Shown one piece after another: positions 28,135 through 36,899 of a DNA stretch of 64,000 nucleotides (position 1 is its first letter; every line of letters starts with the position of its first letter). Under the pieces are notes generated by a model. That model worked only from the letters and a program-made list of their open reading frames with translations, did not search any database and had not been told where the DNA came from. Location of the stretch: contig JAJZRI010000002.1 in NCBI GenBank assembly GCA_021802765.1, positions 27,299 to 91,298 of the forward strand. Direction: 5' to 3'. This DNA is from Candidatus Micrarchaeota archaeon (GTDB lineage Archaea > Micrarchaeota > Micrarchaeia > Micrarchaeales > CABMGC01). The position numbers and the translations under genes were made by a program.

Positions 28135-29535
28135 ATGAATAATAGGAACATAATATTCATAATGCTCGATACCGTAAGGGCTGACGTTCTAAAGCCCTAT
28201 GGGGGCGTCGCAGACGTGCCCAATATGGGGCGGTTAGCAAGCAATGGCGTAAAATACAACATGGCAATAGCTCCAGGAACTTACACTCTGCCATCGCATC
28301 TGTCCCTTTTCCTCGGAAAGAGGGTAAAAAGCATACCCGAGCTCAGGCGTACCGGAATGAAGTTCAGTGATCTAATGGCGGATCCGTTCCTGAAGAAGTC
28401 AAGATACAATACCAGCAATCTGACGATTGCCCAGGTGATGGAGTACTTCGGATACAAGAGTGCCCTGTTCTCCAACAATCCGTTCTTATCTGAATCGACG
28501 GGTCTTGCAACTGGCTTCTCTCACGTAAGTAATCTGTTTATAGACAATAAGATCAATGCCAACAATGCAAGGGTAAAGACCGTACTGAACCTGATACAGA
28601 ACGATCACACGCGCAGAGGTTTTGTAGATCTTGCCTACAAGATTGCATCCGTCATACCTGACAAGAGGCTTGACAGCATGTATCTCTCAATGAGGAAGAG
28701 GCTAAACAGGCATTTTTCCAGGGAGTATGGCTATTATGATATTGACAAGGGGGCTGACACTACGAACCGGCAGCTAGCAGAATACTTGCGACACAGCAGG
28801 TATGCGAGGAACTTTATCTTTATAAACTACATGGAAGGTCACGAAGGCTATCCTACAAACCTTATCACAAGAGATTACGTCGAACAGGACAAATGGCTCC
28901 ATATGACTGGCAAGGCAAGTCAGGAGGACCTTGGAAAAACAAAGGAGGCTTACATAAAAAGGATAGAATACCTGGACCACAAGATAGGCGAGGCTATAAG
29001 CATGATGGGTAAGGAGGGGGTTTTGGAAGATGCAACGCTGATAATTTCCAGCGACCACGGTCAGGCATTCATGGAACATGGCCATATGTTCCATAACGTG
29101 TATCCGTACAACGAGGTGACACGGGTGCCGCTAATAATAGCTAACTTTAGGAACGGCAGGCAGATGAGGCAGCGCAGGAGGATAGATCACCCATTTAGTC
29201 TCACCGATCTTAATAGGATCATAACTGGAAATGAACCTGATCGTACCAAGCCTGTTTTTTCGGATCATATCGGAATAACAGAGGTATGGGACACCCACCT
29301 GCTGCAATTATTCAGGAAGAGAAGCCCAAATGCCGAAATGATCTACCGCAAAAAGATCGAGGAGGACAAGCATGCAACTGCAATATACAGCGATGGGCAC
29401 AAGCTTATCCATTACTATGGAAAAAAACCTGATGAGCTTTACTCCGTCGATGACCTTGGGGAGTCGTCAAACCTCATAGGCAAGAAAAGGGGTCTAGCCA
29501 TGAAGATCCTCTCCTATGACAAAATTGGTGCTTAA
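28135..29535 (+). CDS. Sulfatase-like (alkaline phosphatase superfamily) hydrolase/transferase
   Basis: 'IIFIMLDTVRAD' and 'IISSDHGQAF'. The nucleophile motif reads 'TYTLPSH' instead of C/S-x-P-S-R. Confidence 0.7.
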   Translation: MNNRNIIFIMLDTVRADVLKPYGGVADVPNMGRLASNGVKYNMAIAPGTYTLPSHLSLFLGKRVKSIPELRRTGMKFSDLMADPFLKKSRYNTSNLTIAQVMEYFGYKSALFSNNPFLSESTGLATGFSHVSNLFIDNKINANNARVKTVLNLIQNDHTRRGFVDLAYKIASVIPDKRLDSMYLSMRKRLNRHFSREYGYYDIDKGADTTNRQLAEYLRHSRYARNFIFINYMEGHEGYPTNLITRDYVEQDKWLHMTGKASQEDLGKTKEAYIKRIEYLDHKIGEAISMMGKEGVLEDATLIISSDHGQAFMEHGHMFHNVYPYNEVTRVPLIIANFRNGRQMRQRRRIDHPFSLTDLNRIITGNEPDRTKPVFSDHIGITEVWDTHLLQLFRKRSPNAEMIYRKKIEEDKHATAIYSDGHKLIHYYGKKPDELYSVDDLGESSNLIGKKRGLAMKILSYDKIGA

Positions 29536-30131
29536 ACTGTTTTTAGTATATCATACACAGTTATTATTCCGACGGCCTTTCCTCTTTCTACTACAATGAC
29601 TCCTCCACTGCTTTCAAGTATTATCTTTAGCCCTGCGATTTCAGCATCTCTATCTATCTGCGGAAGTGATGCTTTCATGACGCTGCCCACGCGCCTGCGC
29701 TTTACCATGTCTGGATTATGCATCGCATCATCGAGAAGATCCTTCTGGTATACTGTCCCGACAACACGTCTGGATCCATCTAACACTGGAAGTTGTGGGA
29801 AATCGTAGTCTTTGAATAGTTCTATCGCATCATACACTGAGGCAGATGGCGTTATCGATATTATGTGCCTGTGCATTATCTCTTTTGCCGTCATCGTTCT
29901 GACCGAAGAAGGTTTGTTTGTGCTGAGCTTGTTCAGGGCGCTTGCAACATAAAACACCGATGCATAACTCGGATTCAGCCTTACCACATCCGTCTCAATC
30001 CTTGCTATAGTGCTCTGGCTCATCCCGCACATCTTGGCCAGCCTCTTCTGGCTTACCTTCATTAAGCGTCTCTGCTCCCTTATTGTTGCAGCAATCTGTT
30101 CAAGCGAACTCACTTCTATCGTCATAATCAT
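29532..30131 (-). CDS. Transcriptional regulator: XRE-type HTH plus tandem CBS domains
   Basis: 'MKVSQKRLAKMCGMSQSTIARIE' HTH, then two CBS repeats ('TAKEIMHRHIISITPSASVYDAIELF', 'RVGSVMKASLPQIDRDAEI...VVERGKAVGIITVYDI'). The start is taken at the internal ATG (30129-30131). The track's TTG extension to 30203 is AT-rich promoter sequence. Confidence 0.75.
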   Translation of the reverse strand: MIMTIEVSSLEQIAATIREQRRLMKVSQKRLAKMCGMSQSTIARIETDVVRLNPSYASVFYVASALNKLSTNKPSSVRTMTAKEIMHRHIISITPSASVYDAIELFKDYDFPQLPVLDGSRRVVGTVYQKDLLDDAMHNPDMVKRRRVGSVMKASLPQIDRDAEIAGLKIILESSGGVIVVERGKAVGIITVYDILKTV

Positions 30132-30180
30132 TACCAATAGTAATTTTATGCATATAATGATTATATATCTATTTATATTG
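30131..30180 (+). promoter_or_regulatory. Conserved promoter/operator module, copy 1 (upstream of PLP enzyme gene, overlapping the HTH-CBS gene 5' region)
   Basis: ttaccaatagtaattttatgcatataatgattatatatctatttatattg aligns with 31431-31481. By my count about 42 of 51 columns match, including an exact 12-mer gtaattttatgc and an exact 10-mer atttatattg. Confidence 0.5.
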
Positions 30181-30215
30181 ACTACCCACAAAAATACCTG
30201 CAACAGAGTGATACC

Positions 30216-31418
30216 ATGCCGCGCAGAAGATTCCAGCGAGACAAATCTGCTGTTCCATCATTTTCATCTGGAGCAGAAGTGGAGGATAGCTACAGGATGA
30301 GACGTGACATCCGTGGTTTTGACACTCAAATAGCATCCAAAGAGGAGAAGGCTATTAAGATGCGGGATCTCTACCCAAGGGACGGGTTCAAAGCTCTTAC
30401 GAGACTGGAGAAAAAGTTAGGGAATATAATTGGTGTAGATCCGGGAAGGCTTCTTGCATATCCTTCAGGAATGTCGGCAGTTGTGGCGGCGATAGAATCC
30501 GCACACCTGACTGCAGGCAGCAAGATACTCCTTGGACAGGATCATTACACAGAAATAGCAAGGTACGTTGATGATCACTTAAGGCCTCGGGGCGTGGAGG
30601 TGGCACGTGTAGATTCCGGAAACTCAAAAGATATCCATGACAGCATAGTTGCTCATAGCCCCGACGTGATTTTCTTTGAGACGGTGGCAAATGGCACTTC
30701 AATGCCAGTACTTGACATAGACGACCTTCTGTCATCTGTGTCAAATGGAAAAGGAAAGATGCCGCTCATAATATTGGACAATACTCTTTCAACTCCGACC
30801 AACATACCTGCTTCGAAGTTCTTTGCCGGCCGATCAACAAGAATAATTGTTGTTGAGAGTGGGACAAAGTCTTATGCCATGAATTCAGAGACTCTCGGCA
30901 TACTCTATACAAATGACAAGGTGCTTTGGACACAGCTTTTTAGTTCAAGGATAACCGTAGGATACACTCCGACACCGTCATCAATAGACCGGATATCAAA
31001 GCATCTTCCAGAATCTTCATGGTCATTCGATAGCCGTAACAACCGCATCTTCAAGAATACTCTCAGACTCGCCGAGCATTGCCTAGCCGCAGCCGCAGAG
31101 AACTCCAACCTCACAGTGGTGCATCCAAATCTTCATAATCATCCAAATAGCACGCTATCCAACTCAATAAATCAATCGGGAGTGACTCCGGTGTTCTACA
31201 TAAATAATGGCTTGAACCAGTACGAGCTGGTAGATAAACTCTTTGAAAATCCCATCATAAAGGGGTATTGCAAGATAAGCCAGAGCTTTGGATTTGACGA
31301 AACGCGCATATATCCGTATTACGGCAACACATTCGTGAGATTCGCTGCGGGAACTGAGAGCAATAAGAAGGTGGAGGAAATAGGGCTTGCAATCTATTCA
31401 GTATTGAGGAAGCAGTAG
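30216..31418 (+). CDS. Cys/Met-metabolism PLP-dependent enzyme family protein (cystathionine gamma-synthase/lyase-like, divergent)
   Basis: 'IIVVESGTKSYAMNSE' is the S-x-T-K PLP-lysine motif. 'YPSGMSAVVAAIE' and the ~400-aa size also fit. Confidence 0.6.
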   Translation: MPRRRFQRDKSAVPSFSSGAEVEDSYRMRRDIRGFDTQIASKEEKAIKMRDLYPRDGFKALTRLEKKLGNIIGVDPGRLLAYPSGMSAVVAAIESAHLTAGSKILLGQDHYTEIARYVDDHLRPRGVEVARVDSGNSKDIHDSIVAHSPDVIFFETVANGTSMPVLDIDDLLSSVSNGKGKMPLIILDNTLSTPTNIPASKFFAGRSTRIIVVESGTKSYAMNSETLGILYTNDKVLWTQLFSSRITVGYTPTPSSIDRISKHLPESSWSFDSRNNRIFKNTLRLAEHCLAAAAENSNLTVVHPNLHNHPNSTLSNSINQSGVTPVFYINNGLNQYELVDKLFENPIIKGYCKISQSFGFDETRIYPYYGNTFVRFAAGTESNKKVEEIGLAIYSVLRKQ

Positions 31419-31430
31419 ATCAGCGATAGA

Positions 31431-31481
31431 TTACTAATGGTAATTTTATGCGCGATAATAATTATCTGTCCATTTATATTG
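31431..31481 (+). promoter_or_regulatory. Conserved promoter/operator module, copy 2 (upstream of SAM synthetase gene)
   Basis: ttactaatggtaattttatgcgcgataataattatctgtccatttatattg ends 29 nt before ATG 31510. Confidence 0.5.
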
Positions 31482-31509
31482 TTTGATTTGCACTATTTTG
31501 TTATATTAG

Positions 31510-32733
31510 ATGGTTAAAATGTCCAGGAACATATCTGTAAATAGGCTCAGCGGGACCCCAGTCTCGCAGCAGAAAGTAGAATACGTGGAAAGGAAGGGGA
31601 TAGGGCATCCAGACAGCCTTATAGATGGGATATGCGATGCAACAAGTCATGCGCTCAGCAGGGAGTATCTCGAAAGATGCGATAACACAATACTTCATCA
31701 CAATGTGGACAAGGGGCTGATAATCGGCGGCGCATCGCAGGCGCGCTTTGGATACGGCAAGATAACAAAGAAGATAGAGGTTATAGTGGCTGGTAGGGCG
31801 ACGGACAGGTACAGGGGGGTCAAGATAGATGTTAATGATATAGCCAAGGAAGTTGCAATGAAGTATCTCAAGGAGAATACGCGGTTCCTTGATGTCAACA
31901 ATGAGGTTACGTTCGTATCAAAGATTGCAAGGGGCAGTGCTGATCTCACAGACGTATTCATAAGGAATTCCAAGAACAATGATGTGCCGCTGGCCAATGA
32001 TACCTCGTTTGGGATAGGTTTCGCGCCATTCACAGACATCGAAAAGCTTGTTCTGGAGACCGAGAGGTACCTAAATAGCAGGGCTTACAAGGCCATTCTG
32101 CCATCTGTAGGAGAAGACATAAAGGTCATGGGATTTAGAAACGGAGATGAGATAACCCTTACGATAGCCATAGCCTTTGTGGCAAAACTTGTCAAGAATC
32201 TTGACATATATCTGTCATACAAGGAGAAGGTTAGAAAGGACGTTCTCAGGTTTGCCGCAAAGCTGGTTGACAAGAAGGTGAACGTATTTGTGAACACCGC
32301 CGATCCGGAGGACAGCGACGCAGTGTATCTGACAAAGACTGGCCTTAGCTGTGAGGCTGGGGATGACGGTTCAGTAGGCAGGGGAAACAGGGTTAACGGG
32401 CTCATAACCCCATTTAGGCCGATGAGCCTTGAGGCCGCAGCAGGAAAGAATCCGATAAACCACATAGGCAAGATCTACAATATACTTGCTACAGAGATAG
32501 CAAATGATGTGGTGAAGAATTACCCATCAATAATAGAGTGCAATCTTGCAATAATGTCACAGATAGGCAAGAAGATAGACCAGCCGCTCAACCTCAACCT
32601 TGAGATAGCAACTGGCAAAGGCGAGAACTTCGATAATATAAAGAGCAAGGCAAAGTACATTGCAGATGGCAGGCTCGAGAAGATAGGGGACTTCACAATA
32701 GACATATCCCTAGGCAAGTACAAGACCTTCTAA
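31510..32733 (+). CDS. metK: Archaeal-type S-adenosylmethionine synthetase
   Basis: 'VERKGIGHPDSLIDGICD' and 'GLSCEAGDDGSVGRGNRVNGLITP', at the ~405-aa size typical of archaeal MAT. Confidence 0.9.
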   Translation: MVKMSRNISVNRLSGTPVSQQKVEYVERKGIGHPDSLIDGICDATSHALSREYLERCDNTILHHNVDKGLIIGGASQARFGYGKITKKIEVIVAGRATDRYRGVKIDVNDIAKEVAMKYLKENTRFLDVNNEVTFVSKIARGSADLTDVFIRNSKNNDVPLANDTSFGIGFAPFTDIEKLVLETERYLNSRAYKAILPSVGEDIKVMGFRNGDEITLTIAIAFVAKLVKNLDIYLSYKEKVRKDVLRFAAKLVDKKVNVFVNTADPEDSDAVYLTKTGLSCEAGDDGSVGRGNRVNGLITPFRPMSLEAAAGKNPINHIGKIYNILATEIANDVVKNYPSIIECNLAIMSQIGKKIDQPLNLNLEIATGKGENFDNIKSKAKYIADGRLEKIGDFTIDISLGKYKTF

Positions 32734-32827
32734 GTTCGTTGCACGTCTTGTCTTGGCCGTCAGAAAGGGCAGCATAAATCTATAGAGTTAGCCTTAGCTA
32801 AGTGGTACTTTGATTGCCAAGCAGGAA

Positions 32828-33133
32828 TCAGGAGAGCGACATCTCGATCTGGACCGTGTCTGGCACAGGTATTCTCATTACCTGCCTGAGAGCCTGATCG
32901 CTTCCGTCTATCTCTACAATCAGCTTGTGGATTCTCATCTCCCATCTTTCGTATGTGTGGGAGCCGTCTCCACAAGGAGTCTTCCTTACGGTGACCTTGT
33001 ATCTCCTTGTGGGAAGAGGAACTGGACCCTTGAACTTTATGTTTATGGCCTTGGCAATCTCAACGATCTGCCCAGCTATTCCATGGGCGTCCTTTACGTT
33101 CCTGCTTATTATCTTGATTCTGGCTATAGGCAA
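32828..33133 (-). CDS. rps10: 30S ribosomal protein S10 (uS10)
   Basis: 'ARIKIISRNVKDAHGIAGQIVEIAK...KGPVPLPTRR'. It lies directly downstream of tuf, as in most archaea. Confidence 0.95.
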   Translation of the reverse strand: MPIARIKIISRNVKDAHGIAGQIVEIAKAINIKFKGPVPLPTRRYKVTVRKTPCGDGSHTYERWEMRIHKLIVEIDGSDQALRQVMRIPVPDTVQIEMSLS

Positions 33134-33137
33134 TAAA

Positions 33138-34409
33138 TCACTGCTTCTTTACCAGGTCAAGAACGACTCCTGCTGCGACAGTCTGTCCCATATCCCTTAT
33201 GGCAAACCTGCCAAGAGGTGGGAAGTCTGAGAACTTCTCAATGCACGTAGGCTTGAGAGGTTTTATCTTGACTATTGCAACATCACCGTTCTTTATGAAC
33301 TCTGGGTTCTTCTGGAGAGTCTGGCCCGTCTTAGGATCCTTTTTCTCCACTATCTCGGTGATTGTGCATGCCACCTGCGCGGTGTGCACGTGGAACACAG
33401 GGGTGTATCCAGGGGCTATTGCAGTTGGGTGGTTTATTACCACTATCTGCGCGGTGAACTCCGCAGCTACTGTAGGTGGGTCGTTTGAAGGTCCTATTAC
33501 GTCTCCTTTTCTAACGTCCTTCTTGTCAACACCCTTTATGTTGAATCCTACATTGTCCCCAGGCTGCGCCTGCTGCATCTGCTGGTGGTGCATTTCTATG
33601 GACTTTACCTCAGTCTTTACGCCTGCAGGCATTATAATTATTGAATCACCTACCTTCATGACTCCTGTCTCAACCCTTCCTACTGGAACGGTTCCGAATC
33701 CTGATATGCTGTAAGCATCCTGGACCGGAAGTCTTAGCGGCTTGTTCACTGGTTTTTCAGGCACTGTTAGTGTGTCGAGAGCCTCGAGCAGCGTCGGTCC
33801 GTTGTACCATGAAAGCTTGGCGGATTTTGCAGCCACATTGTCTCCTTCAAGTGCTGAATACGGAACGAAAAGTATCTTTGAAACGTCGAATCCTACTGTC
33901 TTGAGCAGCTCAGATACCTTGTTCTTTGCGTCATCGAACTTTGCCCTGTCGAATCCTATTGCGTCTACCTTGTTGAGACCAACTATTATCTGTTTTATTC
34001 CTAGAACTCTTGCAAGGTATGCGTGCTCTCTTGTCTGTGACTGCACTCCATCTGGTGCCGATACCACAAGAACGGCAGCGTCTGCCTGGCTTGCTCCTGT
34101 AATCATGTTCTTTACGAAGTCCCGGTGTCCAGGCGCGTCGATTATTGTGAAGTAGTACTTAGGGGTCTGGAAGTCACGGTGCATAATGTCGATAGTGATT
34201 CCTCTCTCCCTCTCCTCCTTGAGCTGGTCCATGACGAATGCAAACTCGAATGACGGCCTGTTGTATTTTGCTACTTCGTCCTTGAGCTTCTTCATGTCCT
34301 GTTCAGTTACTGCCTTTGTTTCGTAAAGCAGCCTTCCTACTGACGTCGACTTTCCGTGGTCTATATGACCTATGAAAATCAAATTCATGTGTGGTTTTTC
34401 GCTTACCAT
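33138..34409 (-). CDS. tuf: Translation elongation factor 1-alpha
   Basis: G1 'GHIDHGKST', G3 'DAPGHRDF' and G4 'NKVD'. 423 aa. Confidence 0.98.
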   Translation of the reverse strand: MVSEKPHMNLIFIGHIDHGKSTSVGRLLYETKAVTEQDMKKLKDEVAKYNRPSFEFAFVMDQLKEERERGITIDIMHRDFQTPKYYFTIIDAPGHRDFVKNMITGASQADAAVLVVSAPDGVQSQTREHAYLARVLGIKQIIVGLNKVDAIGFDRAKFDDAKNKVSELLKTVGFDVSKILFVPYSALEGDNVAAKSAKLSWYNGPTLLEALDTLTVPEKPVNKPLRLPVQDAYSISGFGTVPVGRVETGVMKVGDSIIIMPAGVKTEVKSIEMHHQQMQQAQPGDNVGFNIKGVDKKDVRKGDVIGPSNDPPTVAAEFTAQIVVINHPTAIAPGYTPVFHVHTAQVACTITEIVEKKDPKTGQTLQKNPEFIKNGDVAIVKIKPLKPTCIEKFSDFPPLGRFAIRDMGQTVAAGVVLDLVKKQ

Positions 34410-34506
34410 TTAGTTCACCAAATATTTCAATATACTTTATCAGGTCAACGATTTTCTACTTAAGTAAAGTAGGATTTGACGATGATAAACAGTTATGATA
34501 TACTAG

Positions 34507-34523
34507 ATAAGGTATTTAAATCT
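34507..34523 (-). promoter_or_regulatory. Promoter motif ATAAGGTATTTAAATCT upstream of the tuf-rps10 operon
   Basis: Exact copy of the 17-mer at 21314-21330. The flanks are also similar (tatac[at]a..ataagg). Confidence 0.5.
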
Positions 34524-34672
34524 TTGCACTGCTTTAAGAGGCAGATATGGGTCTGGCCTGTCAGGCTGCTTAAACCGCCAAAGTGCGTATATATCAGAAT
34601 GTTCTAGGCAAAAACGGCAGTAATCCGTATATATGAGAAAAACCATAGTTTTATTGCTAAAAGGGTGGTAAT

Positions 34673-35503
34673 GTGATTAGGAAGAACAGCATGCCAAAAA
34701 GGGTTGCGGAAAGCATTAACGGTGCTACCCACGAATTTGCAAGGGATCGGAAGGCTGGAAATGAAGAGATAATTGCAAGAATAACGCCCATCGTAAGTTC
34801 GTTGTCCACAAAAGCCGGCGTGAAAATGCCAAAACTTGGAGTTCACGAAGGCAGTAATGCATCTGCTTACTATAATCGCATATCTGTTGGTAGGGCGCTT
34901 GCAAGTGTCGCAAACGACAAGCAGCTTGAGGGGGTGTTGGCGCATGAGCTTGGCCACGTAATTCATGGCGACTCGTCATTAAGCAAGGATGTGCATGTCT
35001 TCAAGGCTGCAGCGAAAATAACCGTGCCAGTGTTTGTATGGCTCATGGAGAGTCCTGCTCATTTCTCATCATTTAGCAGCTTCGTCGGGCACGATTATAA
35101 GGCCATATCTGCAGCCATTGCTACAAAACTTGTATTTGATAAGGTAGCTACTGCAGCATATTCATTTACGATAAGAAAGCAGGAGCGCAGGGCTGACGCA
35201 TTTGCTGCAAGGCTTGTTGGGTCAGAGACCGCGATAAGCGGGCTTATAAGGAACAGTTCACAGATGAGGGACATAAGCTATGACCTCAAAAAGGCGCTAA
35301 AGCCCAGGCCAAGCGTATCAGAGTTCATTCTCAATACGAAGACTAGGCTTACTGACTACAATGAAGACCCTAAAAACCTGATAAAGGACATGAGGGGGGC
35401 TTATTGGAGGCTGCGCTCAAGCATAGATTATCTCATATACAGTACCCATCCAAGCCTGAATAGTAGGATAAAAAGAATGTCAAGGCAAGGTGACTTAAGC
35501 TAA
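34673..35503 (+). CDS. M48-family zinc metalloprotease (HtpX/Ste24-like)
   Basis: 'LAHELGHVIHGD' HExxH motif. GTG 34673 is preceded by GGGTGG. ATG 34691 is the alternative start. Confidence 0.65.
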   Translation: MIRKNSMPKRVAESINGATHEFARDRKAGNEEIIARITPIVSSLSTKAGVKMPKLGVHEGSNASAYYNRISVGRALASVANDKQLEGVLAHELGHVIHGDSSLSKDVHVFKAAAKITVPVFVWLMESPAHFSSFSSFVGHDYKAISAAIATKLVFDKVATAAYSFTIRKQERRADAFAARLVGSETAISGLIRNSSQMRDISYDLKKALKPRPSVSEFILNTKTRLTDYNEDPKNLIKDMRGAYWRLRSSIDYLIYSTHPSLNSRIKRMSRQGDLS

Positions 35504-35745
35504 ATTCTCATCTTACTGTCAAGGCATGCTGTAGTCCTAGTCCATGCAGATGCGTATGGGATTCCTACATGCGTTCCTGAATGTCTGTTTCAAGAGTAGT
35601 CAAGTACATCTCCATTCAGAGGCCACCATCCTACATGATTTTGCAGGCCGAACGGAGCACCTCCTATCTCCTCAAGATAAAATTTGCCCATTGCATTTGT
35701 ATTTAGGGTTGCATTATAGAGCTTGAAGCGCATGTTGAGTTGCAT
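35500..35745 (-). pseudogene. Remnant of the C-terminal part of a LamG-type pilin-like gene (paralogue of 61259..62149) with an in-frame TGA
   Basis: Own translation: 'MRFKLYNATLNTNAMGKFYLEEIGGAPFGLQNHVGWWPLNGDVLDYS*NRHSGTHVGIPYASAWTRTTA'. Paralogue: 'LQIYNTSLSSGEISALYQEGIGGVPVDPTHIAGWWPLNGNAQDYSGNSHNGQLTGISWNGTWTSGYTA'. The stop at 35590-35592 aligns with a Gly in the paralogue. There is no N-terminal part upstream. Confidence 0.5.
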
Positions 35746-35810
35746 AAAACGCCCTATCAATTGGGCGTCTAGGCTCAGCCATTTAAAATTTCACCAACGT
35801 CAACCGGCGG

Positions 35811-35948
35811 TTACTTTCCATCCCTAAGGAGCTTCTCTATCTGTTGCATATCGTCTTCAGTGAGGCCGTAGATCTTCACAGGAATCTTTACGGGCTCCCG
35901 CTTGATATGCTCTATTTTTATGCGCTTAGGCTTTTTCATTTCTGCCAT
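35811..35948 (-). CDS. Possible small basic protein (45 aa); function unknown
   Basis: Own translation: MAEMKKPKRIKIEHIKREPVKIPVKIYGLTEDDMQQIEKLLRDGK. It falls below the ORF-track cutoff and has no recognisable motif. Confidence 0.25.
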   Translation of the reverse strand: MAEMKKPKRIKIEHIKREPVKIPVKIYGLTEDDMQQIEKLLRDGK

Positions 35949-36048
35949 GAACTAAACCTTACCTTCAGGTTCTTTATAGGTTTTCTCCAATTTATTGCAG
36001 GTCGAATTATCTAGCAGTCAAAGGTAATTCTGTGCAGCAAAACAAGAT

Positions 36049-36120
36049 AGCTCCAGCCAGATTCGAACTGGCGTCAACGGGTTCAGAGCCCGTTATCCTT
36101 GACCACTAGACGATGGAGCT
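36049..36120 (-). tRNA. tRNA-Gln (anticodon CUG)
   Basis: Folded by hand. Acceptor AGCTCCA/TGGAGCT (7 bp). Anticodon stem ACGGG/CCCGT with loop CTCTGAA. T-arm GCCAG-TTCGAAT-CTGGC. D-loop AGTGGTCAA. No encoded CCA. A TATA-like atttattaaaat lies about 25-37 nt upstream. Confidence 0.92.
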
Positions 36121-36161
36121 TTGACAGCTTTAATAAGCGATGAGCATTTTAATAAATCTAC

Positions 36162-36899
36162 TTGCATATTATATCTGATTCAATGCCTCCTTACATACGC
36201 GCAACTATGGTCTCCAGCGAGATATCGGATATGATCGTTGCAGACCTCGCACTGACCGTCGCATTTACAATAATATTCACTGGAGGGCTGTCGTCTTTCA
36301 ACATACTAACATTCGTATCCTTTCTTCCAATAGCATTCGTTGCAGTTTCTCTCTCGTTCATACTCCACGAATATATGCACAAAAAGGTGGCGCAAAGATT
36401 CGGGGCCATGGCCGCATTCAAGAAGTGGGACTCTGGCATAATAATAACCCTGCTCTCATCCGTTTTTGGTTTCCTGATCGGCCTTCCGGGAGCCACGATG
36501 ATATATTCAAACACCTTCACAATCGAGGAGGAAGGCTATGTGTCGCTTGCAGGACCGCTGACAAACTTTGTGATCTTCCTTGTATTCTTCCTGATAGAGA
36601 TATTTTTGGGTGCTAGTCTAAGCCCTTATCTCCTTAGCATGGTGGGCTTCACAATGTTCATAAGCGTCTGGTTGGCGTTCTTCAACATGCTCCCAGTATA
36701 TCCTCTTGATGGAAGCAAGGTTCTGCGGTGGAACAAGACCGTGTATGTGATATGCGTATTGCTGATTTTCGTCTTCCTCTATGTTGCGGCCACGCAGGTA
36801 TTTGGTATCCAGGCCTTATCGCTCGTGATGTCCATGGTATTTGCATTTGCAATAGCCCTGGTCTTCTCTTTCATGTTCGGCCTTAGGAGGATCTTCTGA
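36162..36899 (+). CDS. M50-family site-2 protease (membrane zinc metalloprotease)
   Basis: 'ILHEYMHKKVAQ' (HExxH) and 'FFNMLPVYPLDGSKV' (NxxPxxxLDG), in a multi-TM protein. ATG 36183 is a plausible true start instead of TTG 36162. Confidence 0.85.
   Translation: MHIISDSMPPYIRATMVSSEISDMIVADLALTVAFTIIFTGGLSSFNILTFVSFLPIAFVAVSLSFILHEYMHKKVAQRFGAMAAFKKWDSGIIITLLSSVFGFLIGLPGATMIYSNTFTIEEEGYVSLAGPLTNFVIFLVFFLIEIFLGASLSPYLLSMVGFTMFISVWLAFFNMLPVYPLDGSKVLRWNKTVYVICVLLIFVFLYVAATQVFGIQALSLVMSMVFAFAIALVFSFMFGLRRIF

Noticed and set aside
30132-30203. TTG-initiated extension of the HTH-CBS ORF.
   Set aside because: The extension is an I/L/V/N/Y-rich translation of AT-rich promoter DNA that contains the conserved upstream element.
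32785-32830. tRNA-like D-arm string 'TAGCTAAGTGGTA' between metK and rps10.
   Set aside because: I found no matching acceptor stem, anticodon arm or TTCRANY T-loop, and it runs into the rps10 3' end.
33199-34155. Plus-strand ORFs 33199..33714 and 33742..34155.
   Set aside because: They are antisense to EF-1alpha.
35590-35592. In-frame TGA aligned with Gly of the paralogue, considered as possible UGA=Gly recoding.
   Set aside because: TGA is used as a genuine stop by many well-conserved genes in this window, for example atpE, atpF, acn, gltA, folA and M50. A nonsense mutation in a truncated pseudogene is the simpler explanation.
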